A stretch of 64,000 nucleotides of DNA from the NCBI GenBank assembly GCA_949298505.1, contig CASFWW010000002.1, positions 12,800-76,799 of the forward strand, read 5' to 3'. Origin of the DNA: an uncultured Christensenella sp. Its GTDB lineage: Bacteria; Bacillota; Clostridia; Christensenellales; UBA3700. Positions 9,901-19,172 of this stretch are shown one piece after another; positions within the stretch are counted from its first letter, which is position 1, and every line of letters starts with the position of its first letter. The notes beneath the pieces were generated by a model. That model saw only the letters and a list, made by a program, of their open reading frames with translations, was not told where the DNA came from and made no database searches. A program made the translations under genes and the position numbers.

Positions 9901-12900
9901 ACGACTCTTTTAACAATTATGAAACCGGAACCATTACCGACGCCGGCGAATACGATTGCATAATCTATGTGCAAGAAAGCAACTATGAAGAATTCAGGCA
10001 CAAGATCAAGATAGTGATCGAAAAATCCGTGGCAACCATAAACGTGCTCGCTGACAGCGGAACGCCCGATGAAAACGGATCTTACGATTACAACGGCAAG
10101 GAAGTCAGCTTCAAAGTCTCTTATTCCGGCATAGGCTACGTGGATGAGATGTTCCTCTCGTTCGAGACCAAGATCTATCCCGCGGTTTACGAATCCGGAG
10201 CGTGGAAGAAAGTCGAAGGTTCAGAAGGCGTATCTTCCGTCGTCAACGCAGGCGATTACATTGTTGTCGTCGAGCAAACCAGCGGCTTGCCGATCGACGA
10301 GAATCCCAACTACGATACTATCACCAATCCCGGCACCAGAGAAATGGCTTTCACAATCAGAAAGGCGACTCTTACCTGGATATTCTCCGGAGAAGGTCTT
10401 GACTATCACGAAGACAGCGGAGAATATTATGCCGAGTACAACGGACAGACCTTTACTCTTTCGCTCGAAAGCGGCGATCTCGAAAGCCAGCTCGTCGAAG
10501 GCGACAAGGGCAAATATTCTCTTACCGGAAAATTAGAGTATATCTGCGAGACTCAGCAAGGCGATTATTCTGTGGGCACGAAAGGCGTAAGAGACGCAGG
10601 TTATTACAGGGTGGAACCCGAGGTCAACTGCGGCGAAAATCCCGCCCTCTCGGTTAACTACGAAATAAAGGGCGGCAAGCTTGCGATCACTCAGAGACCC
10701 GTTACGATCGTCATAAAAGACATCAGCGTTCCTTACGGCACCAACTTTGACGAGATCACGGGCGAAAGTTTCTCCAATATGTGGTCTTACGCTCCGGACA
10801 GCAAAAAATTCCTGCCCGAGGACGGAAATCTGCTCACTTTCTACCTGAGAGACGTCTCGATGGAAGAAACTCTCGTAAGAGGAAGCTATCCTTATACGTT
10901 CTTGCCCAGCCTTATCAATCCGAACGCTAACAACTATCAGATTTTCAAGGAAAACGAGGGCGGAGACAATTCTTACTGCACGGTTACCGGTCTCGAACTC
11001 AAAGTTGAAGTGGTCGTAACCGACAAGGACGGCAACGAGGTCGAAGTAAAGCAGATCGAGAGCGGAAAGTCTTATGAAACGAGCGCGATCTACTACGGCG
11101 GCGACTACACCGTGACCCTCAGGGCGACCAACGCGAATCCGGATGTGGCAGTCAGCTGGGCAACAGGTTATGACAGCTACGCGTTCAGGAACGTTGCCGA
11201 CGGCAAGAAAGTCACGTTTATGCTTTCCGACGAGGCAAATCAGGTCTACTACATCGGGGAGGATTTGTCCGTGACGGATCAGCCCGACGGCGTATTCGAC
11301 GTTACCTTCTCAGTAAACGCGAGAACGGTTGAAATCACTCCGAGCGACGTTGAAGTTGCTTACGGCAACGAATTTACCGCTGCGGGCAGTACGCTTGCAG
11401 GCGACGGCTTTGTAGACGGCGAACAGGATTGGTTCACTTATGCTTACACTTCCGAGCTGGGCGCGACCGTGGGAAGTACGGCTGACATCAACGTCGTCGC
11501 TTCTGTCATCGGCGATCATTCCGGCGCGGAAAACAACTACAACTTCGTTTATAAAACAGGTACCGCAACGCGTATTGCGAGAGTGCTCCACGTTACTTTG
11601 ACCGACAGAGAAAAAGTCTACGGAAGCGAAGTTCTCCTGATCGGCGAAGAATTCTATTCGTTCGCTCAGGGAGAAAGCGTAGTCGGCGACGACGTTCTCG
11701 GTCTCGCTTACGTGCTGACCAAGGACGGAGAGATTTTTGCCGACGCGGTAAACCTCGGCGTCGGAGAATACGCTCTCAGCGCTACGGCAAGCAACAGCAA
11801 TTACAGCATCGAAATTGCAAACGAGGCGAAATTCACCGTCAATCCCAAGAAAGCGGACGTCGAACTGGCTCAGGTCAGTGTTCCCTACGATATGTCTGAA
11901 CATCCGATAACCGTTGTTTCCATAACCGGACTCATCGAGGGCGACGAAGAAGTGACGGTAAATGTCCAGTACCTGCATGAAGGTCAGACGATCGAAGGAG
12001 CGCCCGTAAACAAAGGCGTTTATACTGCGAACGTCATCGGATTCTCCTCGCCCAACTACTCCGTGGGAGAGGTAACCGGCACCAAGACGGTTGAGATCAC
12101 CAACATCGTGGTCAACGTAACCGTGCTCGACGCTGTGATGGCTTACGGCACCGGCAATATCGTGCCTGCAGGCGAAGCGTTCTTTACGTCAGACAGCCCT
12201 CTGTTCGACGCTGACGACCTCGATCCTTATTACATCTACAACAACGGCGAAGGCGACACGACCGGGCTTTCTATGGGCAGCTATGCAAATTCGCTGACGC
12301 TCGGCTTCAACGGCGCCGCCGCAGAGAACTACGATATCACGATCACCAACACGGCGAACCTTACCGTTGAAAAGGCAAACCTCGCCGAAGTCGCTAATCT
12401 TGAGAACGATAGCGACGTTTACGACGGCAACGGCAAGACCGTTACAGTGCTCGGCGTGCAGACCGATCAGGTCAACATCAGCATCACAAAGGACGGCGCG
12501 GCTGTCGAAAGTGTGGTTGACGCAGGCGAATACACCGTCACCGTGACCGCAAACAGCGAAAATTACGAAGGCACCGCGACGTTGACTTACACCGTCGCCA
12601 AGGCGGCATTCGACGGAACGCTCAGTAAAGTCACTTCCGTTTATGACGGCAAGGCGGTCGACCTTGCGAGCCTCGTAGACTCCAAGTACGGAGAAGTCGT
12701 CTTCACGATCACGCTGAACGGAGAAATTGTCGCTTCCGTCCTCGGCGCAGGTGAGTATATCGTCACCCTTGCCGCGGGAGAGAATTCCAACTATACCGGC
12801 TCTGTGGAAGGTCTGACCTATACGGTCACCAAGGCGGTAATCGCTACGCCGACAACGCGTAACGACTTCAACATCGTCGCTACCTCCGACAGCATCACGT

Positions 12901-13637
12901 TTGCCGACAAGAACGGCAAGCATGCGGTGCTCGTCACGATGACGGACGGCGACTGGGACGGCGCGACCAACGCGATCTCAGGACTTAAGCCCGAAACCGA
13001 ATATACCGTCTACGTCAAGTTCGCAGGCGATGACAACTATATCGAATCCGGCGTGTTCAAGATGACGGTGGAGACGGGCGCTAAAGTCGCTTCCGTCCTC
13101 GATCCCGACGACGTGACCTATACGGTTTACTACAACAAGATCGTCGTGACGGTGAAAGGAAACGGAAGTTACGCTTACAGCTCGGACGGCGGCAAGACCT
13201 GGAAGGACAGCAATACGCTGACCGGACTCAAGGCGGGCACCGAGTATACCGTTGCGGTCAAGATCAAGGAAAGCGAAATGCAGGGCGAATCCAACGTCGT
13301 GACCAGGAAGCTCACGACCGGAACGGATCCTGCTTCCTTCAACAAGCTCTTCGACGCTATGGGAGAGACACTTACCGCGGCTGATCTTGACAGCTACGAC
13401 GCTATGATCGAGGCTTACGAAGCGCTTGCCGACGGCGACAAGGCGAACGTCGACAAGACCAAGCTCGACAAATTGCAGACCGCATACAACGCCCTGATCG
13501 CTGAGGTCAACGGCGACGTCATCGCGGCTCAGAACGTCGCGAGAAAGGCGGCAGGCAAGGGCGTTGCGGCAGCGGCGGCAGGCGTGCTTGCGGCTGTGAT
13601 CGCGGCTATCGTTGCAAAGAAAAAGTTTGTATTCTGA
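6990..13637 (+). CDS. giant cell-surface protein (2215 aa): N-terminal anchor/signal, GLUG-motif region, MBG-domain-like repeats, two Fn3-like modules, helical segment, C-terminal TM helix
   Basis: GGAGGG RBS. N-terminus LISSALVTAIILVVVICGLVF. GLUG-like VLIGGVFGIMSNSSVSNCNF / AVGGLIGIAQNNNTIRDIAISG / GIAGGLVGIVSDS. MBG-like units such as VEITPSDVEVAYGNEF...NNYNFVYKTGTATRI and SNYSIEIANEAKFTVNPKKA. Fn3-like GLKPETEYTVYV / GLKAGTEYTVAV. C-terminus AAAAAGVLAAVIAAIVAKKKFVF. Confidence 0.85.
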   Translation: MEKTKKRLISSALVTAIILVVVICGLVFGQSVNVVEDAAFSDVQSDGVITGVYSEIEDAQAYYQDLITNQDYTSVDSQDEFNKYFASGETQDSGKYALNPSVEFTAQSAKYLKNVIIDGCGAKVNLSINAAEAFSDTSTIGSNSQTGIAELGLSANTMFYWNPISKSELVYIKPYGGLADYAVNTTIRNVDFNLNSATASHSYESFGSVLIGGVFGIMSNSSVSNCNFTTAIKIDKYTFKLNPHGGGAFDGDTGMRSRPYDLALSFGSLAGYMCECTVSDVSLYIDPDTIIYLRAEGKTGGWYSGDQGNPRVAVGGLIGIAQNNNTIRDIAISGAGTLIADPSDQPYYEVTGSAKLGIAGGLVGIVSDSENQNEYFMLKSEGHTHIYNIVSTWSGSISMWGIVYGTINYTVTGITGSLVGIKGKYAYGENTAASPIDTTYLHGVYKLYSGDALPTGNVVSYSYAKDATAAVTEYSAAGLEFSNIRIREDGQEWLNITGDKKVDIGFSDTAFTLTYDVTDSVNTAANALLWSYSQTVISGGISTTQTIETWKEITVDGNKKVIGSFEDSARNYTVSIGNTTVTNTTYDFTTGYSAYYRVQGEGEFSSQDKLQGTVGTRVYNVKEREYNGNAPEVPVVELYKDSSYQTLVASSTNADMWTAQKNGSGSFNQLSAAKDVNDWYLSLVNTESTTAGYLYNATASDGKNYVAYKADNAIESQDPSLNGTPITTRYYVYKITQKVITPSIVDKTADELIYDNAAKVFTVNFGDQIYAGDTVTPTLVYYSVNGDEISSAENATDVGSYKVVLTKVSNGNYTLPAEEISKNFAITKRVLTSTIGTTTEFTYNGHFQTPGVTIGNQIAGVEQSAVVSVTYRRNGAADSSGNVGEYTMTVDLTTIGKKNYELTGELEKTYNINKALLEYTGLDVYTFSYDSIGVDYDKMTSITENPIAVGNAAIGETFDYTVYFRPYVEGDDSFNNYETGTITDAGEYDCIIYVQESNYEEFRHKIKIVIEKSVATINVLADSGTPDENGSYDYNGKEVSFKVSYSGIGYVDEMFLSFETKIYPAVYESGAWKKVEGSEGVSSVVNAGDYIVVVEQTSGLPIDENPNYDTITNPGTREMAFTIRKATLTWIFSGEGLDYHEDSGEYYAEYNGQTFTLSLESGDLESQLVEGDKGKYSLTGKLEYICETQQGDYSVGTKGVRDAGYYRVEPEVNCGENPALSVNYEIKGGKLAITQRPVTIVIKDISVPYGTNFDEITGESFSNMWSYAPDSKKFLPEDGNLLTFYLRDVSMEETLVRGSYPYTFLPSLINPNANNYQIFKENEGGDNSYCTVTGLELKVEVVVTDKDGNEVEVKQIESGKSYETSAIYYGGDYTVTLRATNANPDVAVSWATGYDSYAFRNVADGKKVTFMLSDEANQVYYIGEDLSVTDQPDGVFDVTFSVNARTVEITPSDVEVAYGNEFTAAGSTLAGDGFVDGEQDWFTYAYTSELGATVGSTADINVVASVIGDHSGAENNYNFVYKTGTATRIARVLHVTLTDREKVYGSEVLLIGEEFYSFAQGESVVGDDVLGLAYVLTKDGEIFADAVNLGVGEYALSATASNSNYSIEIANEAKFTVNPKKADVELAQVSVPYDMSEHPITVVSITGLIEGDEEVTVNVQYLHEGQTIEGAPVNKGVYTANVIGFSSPNYSVGEVTGTKTVEITNIVVNVTVLDAVMAYGTGNIVPAGEAFFTSDSPLFDADDLDPYYIYNNGEGDTTGLSMGSYANSLTLGFNGAAAENYDITITNTANLTVEKANLAEVANLENDSDVYDGNGKTVTVLGVQTDQVNISITKDGAAVESVVDAGEYTVTVTANSENYEGTATLTYTVAKAAFDGTLSKVTSVYDGKAVDLASLVDSKYGEVVFTITLNGEIVASVLGAGEYIVTLAAGENSNYTGSVEGLTYTVTKAVIATPTTRNDFNIVATSDSITFADKNGKHAVLVTMTDGDWDGATNAISGLKPETEYTVYVKFAGDDNYIESGVFKMTVETGAKVASVLDPDDVTYTVYYNKIVVTVKGNGSYAYSSDGGKTWKDSNTLTGLKAGTEYTVAVKIKESEMQGESNVVTRKLTTGTDPASFNKLFDAMGETLTAADLDSYDAMIEAYEALADGDKANVDKTKLDKLQTAYNALIAEVNGDVIAAQNVARKAAGKGVAAAAAGVLAAVIAAIVAKKKFVF

Positions 13638-13651
13638 GAGGTAAATAAATT

Positions 13652-14167
13652 ATGAAAAAGACATTTACTGCATTTTTAATAATAGTCACTGCGCTCGTGC
13701 TTGTGCTTTCCTTCGTCGGTTGCAGCGTCAAGATAACCACCGACGAGATCTGGAACCTCGCTACGTTCAAAACGTCCAGCGGGGAATCGGGCAGAGACGT
13801 ATACGTGAAAGTCAGCAAAGACGGCGTTACCTTCTACGAGTACAAGACCGAAAACGGCACCGTTACGATAGACTTCGCGAGAGAAGGCATAGAGGCTCCC
13901 GAACTCGATCTGTCAAAAGACGGAACTTCGCTCAACCTGTCTTCGGATTATCTTGCCAACGAACAGACGAGTTTCGAGGACAATATCACGACTTACAAGG
14001 CGGATATTCAGAATACGGCGGCAGTTCTCGACATAGAGAATGCCAAGGAAGCTAAACTTGTCATAAAAGTGGACAGCGAAGCAAAGAAGCTGGTCTCCAC
14101 TCAGATCGACTACGTTGGCACCAACGGCAGCACGGTTACGATCACCGTCACGCCATACTATGGCTGA
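13652..14167 (+). CDS. putative lipoprotein (171 aa), last gene of the cluster
   Basis: Signal peptide with lipobox MKKTFTAFLIIVTALVLVLSFVGC|S. Starts 14 nt after the giant gene's stop. A terminator follows. Confidence 0.7.
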   Translation: MKKTFTAFLIIVTALVLVLSFVGCSVKITTDEIWNLATFKTSSGESGRDVYVKVSKDGVTFYEYKTENGTVTIDFAREGIEAPELDLSKDGTSLNLSSDYLANEQTSFEDNITTYKADIQNTAAVLDIENAKEAKLVIKVDSEAKKLVSTQIDYVGTNGSTVTITVTPYYG

Positions 14168-14217
14168 GAGAACGGTCAAAAAGGTCTGATCACAGTCTGA
14201 CCTGAAATGAAAAAAAC

Positions 14218-14262
14218 AAGGCTTCGCGCTCCGTTTTGCGGAACGCGGAGCTTGTTTTGTTT
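14218..14262 (+). terminator. rho-independent terminator of the surface-protein cluster
   Basis: Imperfect stem of about 15 bp (14218-14233 / 14239-14254) around loop ttttg, followed by TTTTGTTT. Confidence 0.6.
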
Positions 14263-14305
14263 CGGACGCAATTTGCCAAAAAGCCTCGGTGGGGACGTTC
14301 AACGC

Positions 14306-14334
14306 TTGAAAAAAGAAAGACATTACGATATAAT
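14306..14334 (+). promoter_or_regulatory. sigma-A type promoter TTGAAA-17-TATAAT; the ATG begins 7 nt after the -10 (leaderless candidate)
   Basis: TTGAAA 14306-14311, 17-nt spacer, TATAAT 14329-14334, then ttagat and ATG at 14341. No SD. Confidence 0.6.
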
Positions 14335-14340
14335 TTAGAT

Positions 14341-15516
14341 ATGGATTTTCAGGACATAGTGATAGGCGGCGGCGCGTCCGGTATGACTGCCGCGATTTTA
14401 CTCGCGCGTTCAGGCAGAAAAGTCGCCGTGCTCGAGGCTCAGGACAGAGTGCTTAAAAAGGTGCTGGCTTCGGGCAACGGAAGATGCAATCTCTCCAACG
14501 TCGCGGTTTCTCCCAAGAGGTATAACGCGCCTTCTTTCGTTGCGTCCGCGCTTGAGGCGTTCGAAGGCAAGCTTGCGCCGTTTTTCAATTCCGTGGGTCT
14601 CGAACTCAGAGAAGAGGACGGCAGGATATATCCTTTCAGTCTGAGCGCCAATAACGTCGTCAACGCCCTTCTGCGCGCGGCGGAAAAAGCGGGAGTCGCG
14701 ATCTTCTGCGGAGCAAAGGCGGAAAAGATTATCAAAGAAGAGAAGATCCACGTCCTTTCGGGAAAAACGACTTACCGTTGCGACAATCTGATATTCGCCG
14801 CCGGCAGTAACGCGACAAGCGGAACGGATTCTCTCGCTCTGCTTGCGGAAAACGGGCATAGCGTCACAGAAAGGTACGCGAGCGTTTCTTCCGTTCCGTG
14901 CGCTTCGGTCAGGGGAGCGTCGGGAGTGCGAGCGAAAGCGGCTCTCACGCTGAAATCGGGCGAAGAAAAGATTTTTTACGGGCAAGGCGAGCTGTTGTTC
15001 AAAGACAATTCGTTGTCCGGGATTCTCGCGTTTGAAGCTTCGTCGCGCTATGTGCGTGCGTTGAGGCAGGGAAAAAAGTGCCTGGGGAGCATAGATTTCG
15101 CACCCGAAAAAAGGGTGGACGAAATAGAAAATTTTATAAGAACGCTTGACTGCGACTGCGTGGATGCGCTCTGCGCGTATCTTCACAGAGCGCTTGCGGC
15201 GGCGGCCGTGAAAAAGGCGGGGGCGGTCGGGAACGCCTGCGATAACGCGGGAACGCTTGCACGCACTCTGAAAGATTACCCGCTGGAGTTTTCGGGAGTT
15301 TGCGACATAAAGAACGCTCAGGTAGTTTCGGGAGGTCTGAGTCTGGACGGCTTCGATCCCGTCACGATGCGTTCGCTTTTCGTAAAAGGGCTTTACGCTA
15401 CCGGCGAAGCGCTTGACGTTGACGGAGACTGCGGAGGATTCAATCTGCATTGGGCGTGGGCAAGCGCATTCGCGGCGGCAAAGGACGTGTGCGGAGGAAA
15501 GTTATGTTCAGACTGA
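14341..15516 (+). CDS. HI0933/BaiN-like NAD(P)/FAD-dependent oxidoreductase (aminoacetone-oxidase family flavoprotein)
   Basis: MDFQDIVIGGGASGMTAAILLARSGRKVAVLEAQDRVLKKVLASGNGRCNLSN is the family's N-terminal dinucleotide fold plus GNGRCN motif. The listed ORF start 14236 lies inside the upstream terminator, so M36 (14341) is used. Confidence 0.85.
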   Translation: MDFQDIVIGGGASGMTAAILLARSGRKVAVLEAQDRVLKKVLASGNGRCNLSNVAVSPKRYNAPSFVASALEAFEGKLAPFFNSVGLELREEDGRIYPFSLSANNVVNALLRAAEKAGVAIFCGAKAEKIIKEEKIHVLSGKTTYRCDNLIFAAGSNATSGTDSLALLAENGHSVTERYASVSSVPCASVRGASGVRAKAALTLKSGEEKIFYGQGELLFKDNSLSGILAFEASSRYVRALRQGKKCLGSIDFAPEKRVDEIENFIRTLDCDCVDALCAYLHRALAAAAVKKAGAVGNACDNAGTLARTLKDYPLEFSGVCDIKNAQVVSGGLSLDGFDPVTMRSLFVKGLYATGEALDVDGDCGGFNLHWAWASAFAAAKDVCGGKLCSD

Positions 15517-17102
15517 ACAACGTAGCTCAGCCCGAAGGATTTGACGATAAAAGTTTAAAGCGAGAAGTCGCGCGTATTCTCAAGGTTGAAGAAAAAGAGA
15601 TAGAAGAGATAAGACTGCTCAGGAAATCACTCGATTGCAGAGGGAGAAGGGCAACTTTTGTGTTGTCTGTCGGGGTATCGCTCAAATACGAAGAAAAATT
15701 TCTGAAAAGGGCAAAAGAAAAATATTCTCCGGTCGAGGCGGTCAGACCGCTTCGCGAAATAGCGGAAGAAGCGCGCGTCAAGGCGCCGGACAGATCGGTG
15801 ATCGTCGTCGGGAGCGGACCGGCAGGACTTTTTGCCGCGCTTACGCTCGCATATGCGGGCATGAGACCGATAGTGCTTGAACGCGGAGACTGCGTTGAGG
15901 AAAGAACGCGCAAAGTAAAGATTTTTTCAGGCGGAGGTGAGCTTGATCCGGAAAGCAACGTGCAGTTCGGCGAAGGCGGCGCCGGCACTTTCTCAGACGG
16001 CAAACTCAATACGGGGGTGAGCGGCACGCTTGTTCAGACAGTTCTTGCCGAGTTTGTCGCGTACGGCGCTCCGGCAGAGATAGTCTACGATTCAAAACCG
16101 CATATAGGCACGGACAAGCTGGTTTCCGTCGTCGCTTCAATGCGCAGAGCGATAGTTTCAATGGGCGGAGAGGTGCGTTTCAGGCATAAACTCGTCGACA
16201 TCGTTCAGTCTGGCGGCGTTTTGCATGCGGTCAGGGTCGCTTGTCCAGAAGGAGAATACGTCACGGGATGCGCCGCGTGCATTGCGGCGATAGGGCACAG
16301 CGCGAGAGACACGTTCGGGATGCTTTCCGGGTACGTGATGATGCAGAGAAAGCCGTTCGCGATAGGCGTCAGGATAGAACATCTTCAAAGCGATATGAAC
16401 GCGGCGCGCTACGGTTTCAGATACAAAGATCTGCCGCCTGCCGACTATAAAGTGGCGGCAAATACTTCGGACGGCAGAGGATGTTATTCTTTCTGTATGT
16501 GCCCGGGCGGAAGCGTCGTTGCGGCGGCTTCCGAAGAAGGCGGCACGGTCACCAACGGCATGAGCGTTTACGCACGCGACGGCAAAAACTGCAACAGTGC
16601 GTTGCTCGTCGGGGTCACTCCGTCCGATTTCGGAGGGGACGATCCGCTTGCAGGCGTACGATTCCAGAGGCTTTACGAGCAGGCGGCTTACAGGCTGAGC
16701 GGAGGCAAGGCGGTGTGTCAGAGAGTGGGAGATTTCATGGAAAGGCGCGTTTCGTCTGCTTTCGGGAAGGTTTCTCCGACATATCCTGGAGGCGTGGAAA
16801 CCGCGCTTCTTGACGACTGTCTGCCTGATTACGTCTGCGCCGGGCTGAGAGAGGCGTTGCCTCAGTTCGGGGAAAAGATAAGAGGATTTGCAGATCCGGA
16901 CGCGGTGCTTACGGGAGTGGAAACGCGCTCAAGCTCTCCGGTCAGAATACTGAGAGACGATGAAGGAGACAGTTCTGTCTCCGGTTTCATGCCGTGCGGA
17001 GAAGGCGCGGGATACGCAGGCGGGATAACTTCCGCCGCAGTTGACGGAATAAAGACCGCGCTCAATCTGCTGAAAAAACTTTCAAAGCACGCAAATGCGT
17101 AA
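15504..17102 (+). CDS. FAD-dependent protein (COG2509-type NAD(P)/FAD-dependent dehydrogenase)
   Basis: VIVVGSGPAGLFAALTLAYAG dinucleotide motif. GGAGG RBS before ATG 15504. 13-nt overlap with the upstream gene (coupling). Confidence 0.8.
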   Translation: MFRLNNVAQPEGFDDKSLKREVARILKVEEKEIEEIRLLRKSLDCRGRRATFVLSVGVSLKYEEKFLKRAKEKYSPVEAVRPLREIAEEARVKAPDRSVIVVGSGPAGLFAALTLAYAGMRPIVLERGDCVEERTRKVKIFSGGGELDPESNVQFGEGGAGTFSDGKLNTGVSGTLVQTVLAEFVAYGAPAEIVYDSKPHIGTDKLVSVVASMRRAIVSMGGEVRFRHKLVDIVQSGGVLHAVRVACPEGEYVTGCAACIAAIGHSARDTFGMLSGYVMMQRKPFAIGVRIEHLQSDMNAARYGFRYKDLPPADYKVAANTSDGRGCYSFCMCPGGSVVAAASEEGGTVTNGMSVYARDGKNCNSALLVGVTPSDFGGDDPLAGVRFQRLYEQAAYRLSGGKAVCQRVGDFMERRVSSAFGKVSPTYPGGVETALLDDCLPDYVCAGLREALPQFGEKIRGFADPDAVLTGVETRSSSPVRILRDDEGDSSVSGFMPCGEGAGYAGGITSAAVDGIKTALNLLKKLSKHANA

Positions 17103-17231
17103 ACCGGTTCCCCGTGAGCGTTGATTTTTGCGTACAGACTGGGAATAAGGCGGCATTTTCTTTTTTACGTACTGAAAACACTCTGAAAAGCTTGTTTACT
17201 TTAAAAATTAACCGATAATAAAATTTTTTAA

Positions 17232-17260
17232 TTGATTGTCGGGTGGCGCTGTGTTATAAT
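17232..17260 (+). promoter_or_regulatory. promoter TTGATT-17-TATAAT with TG extension
   Basis: TTGATT 17232-17237; tgtTATAAT with -10 at 17255-17260. About 85-nt leader to ATG 17351. Confidence 0.55.
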
Positions 17261-17350
17261 AGCGTATAAGGACGGTTTTAAGAGGCTTGGAACGGCTGAA
17301 TAGATCGTCCCGATTGCAGAATACTAAACAAAATCGCAAAGGTAAAAGAT

Positions 17351-18985
17351 ATGACTTCAAAACAAAAAATCATACTCGTTTCCGTTCTCGTCGCGGTTGC
17401 CGTGATACTCGTCGCTCTGGGCGGCTATTTTATCTCTGTCTATTCGTCTTCGAGCGGAGAGAGGACAAGCGGCGGCTTCACTTACGAAGTGGACGGCAAA
17501 ACGGTTACGATAGTCTCCTATTCCGGCAGCGACACCACGGTGACCGTGCCGGCTAAAATAGGCGGCAGACGCGTCGCGAAGATAGCAAAAGGTGCGTTCT
17601 CGTCCTCCAAGGCAACCAGTCTTGTCTTTGATGACGGCATTTCCCAGATCGAACTTGAAGAAGAGTGTTTTAAAGGTCAGACCACACTGACGTACGTTCA
17701 GTTGCCGTCTTCGATCAAAGAGATCCCTGACAGCGCGTTTGAAGATTGCACCGCGCTTGAGCATATCGTCATTCCCGACGGCGTAACCACGATCGGAGAC
17801 AACGCTTTCGAGGGTTGCACTTCTCTCAGTTATACGGGCAACGACAGCTCCAACAAGGTGGTCACTCTGCCTGCGGAACTGACTTCTCTCGGTAAGGCTG
17901 CGTTCAAGGATTGTTCCAAGATCTCGTCCGTTGTTATCCCGTCCAAGCTTCAGAAGATCTCTGACAGCGCTTTTGAAAACTGCACCGGGCTTTCCAAGCT
18001 CAATTTCGCCGGCGACAGTGCGGTTTCTTCGATCGGAGAAAAGTCTTTTTACAATACCCGCGTCAATGCCAATATTTCCAACAACGTCAACGTTCTTGCA
18101 TTGCCTGAGACGCTGAACACGATAGGAAATTACGCGTTTGCGAAAAACACGTCCACTTCTTTCACCACTCTGGACATACCTGCCGGCGTCACTCAGATCG
18201 GCGAGTACGCTTTCAGCGGCTGCACATATCTCAAGACGGTCACTTTTGCTGAAAACAGTCAAACGAAGCTTCTCGGAGAAGGCGTTTTCAAGGACTGCAC
18301 CTATCTTGCGACGATAACGCTTCCGGACAGCGTGACGACGATTCCCGAACTTGCGTTCAACGGTTGCGGCAGGATTTATCAGTTCACGATCGGCGCGAAC
18401 GTCGAGACGATAGGGGAGGGCGCTTTCGGCGGTATAGCCAACCTCACAACATCTACGATAAAATTCACCGTAGCGGAAGGCAACAAGAATTTCACCGTTG
18501 TGGAACTCGATCCTTACTATGAGTTCAATTCTGACAAGACGAGCACGACGGCTAAATATCATTATCTGCTCATGAGCGCCGACAAGAGCACCCTGCTTGC
18601 TTATATCGGTCAGTTCGACAGCTCGGATTGCATCAACGATCAGACCAGCAGCACGTCCAACTCCTTCAACTTCCTGGTGTCGGCGGACATATCGGCGTCA
18701 CTCAAGAAGATCGGAGCGTATGCGTTCAGCGGACTCAAAGCAGACAAACTCTGCCTGCCCGTTACCGTCAGCGAGATCGGCGCCGGCTTTATCAGCGGAA
18801 GCAACGTCAAAACGCTGTATTTTGAGGGCGGAGACTGCACTCTGGACGAAGACGTATTCGACGGAGTGAGCGACCTGCGCGTGCTGGGTTTCAGAGACGG
18901 TACGGTCAAAGACTTCATTGACGCGCTCAACGACGAAGGAAACAACGATATAAGATTTGAATACGGCTATATCTGGCCGGATTGA
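17351..18985 (+). CDS. membrane-anchored leucine-rich-repeat (BspA-like) surface protein
   Basis: N-terminal TM IILVSVLVAVAVILVALGGYFISVY. Repeated units of about 23 aa, IP.sV..IG..AF..C..L..V. Confidence 0.85.
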   Translation: MTSKQKIILVSVLVAVAVILVALGGYFISVYSSSSGERTSGGFTYEVDGKTVTIVSYSGSDTTVTVPAKIGGRRVAKIAKGAFSSSKATSLVFDDGISQIELEEECFKGQTTLTYVQLPSSIKEIPDSAFEDCTALEHIVIPDGVTTIGDNAFEGCTSLSYTGNDSSNKVVTLPAELTSLGKAAFKDCSKISSVVIPSKLQKISDSAFENCTGLSKLNFAGDSAVSSIGEKSFYNTRVNANISNNVNVLALPETLNTIGNYAFAKNTSTSFTTLDIPAGVTQIGEYAFSGCTYLKTVTFAENSQTKLLGEGVFKDCTYLATITLPDSVTTIPELAFNGCGRIYQFTIGANVETIGEGAFGGIANLTTSTIKFTVAEGNKNFTVVELDPYYEFNSDKTSTTAKYHYLLMSADKSTLLAYIGQFDSSDCINDQTSSTSNSFNFLVSADISASLKKIGAYAFSGLKADKLCLPVTVSEIGAGFISGSNVKTLYFEGGDCTLDEDVFDGVSDLRVLGFRDGTVKDFIDALNDEGNNDIRFEYGYIWPD

Positions 18986-18994
18986 CGGAAATAA

Positions 18995-19027
18995 CGCCGG
19001 CGCGACTTAAACGCGCCGGTATTTTTT
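18995..19027 (+). terminator. rho-independent terminator
   Basis: ccggcgcg (18997-19004) / cgcgccgg (19012-19019), then tatttttt. Confidence 0.8.
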
Positions 19028-19088
19028 ACGAAATCGCGTTTTTTTGATCAAGACGTGCAAAAGAAAGTATAATTTTACATACAATCAG

Positions 19089-19117
19089 TTGCAAAAATAC
19101 GCAATAGTTGTTAAAAT
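19089..19117 (+). promoter_or_regulatory. gap promoter TTGCAA-17-TAAAAT
   Basis: TTGCAA 19089-19094, TAAAAT 19112-19117. Confidence 0.5.
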
Positions 19118-19172
19118 TATAGCGATGTCGAAAGACGGAATTCTGAATATTTTTTTGGAGGATTTATATATT

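Noticed and set aside
14236-14340. N-terminal extensions in the ORF track (14236, 15450, 19044, 25461, 25464, 28592, 29740, 40231, 40383, 57375, 62934)
   Set aside because: The extensions run through terminators or promoters, or use GTG/TTG without an RBS. Downstream ATGs have GGAGG-type RBSs (or leaderless promoters) and reproduce the canonical family N-termini.
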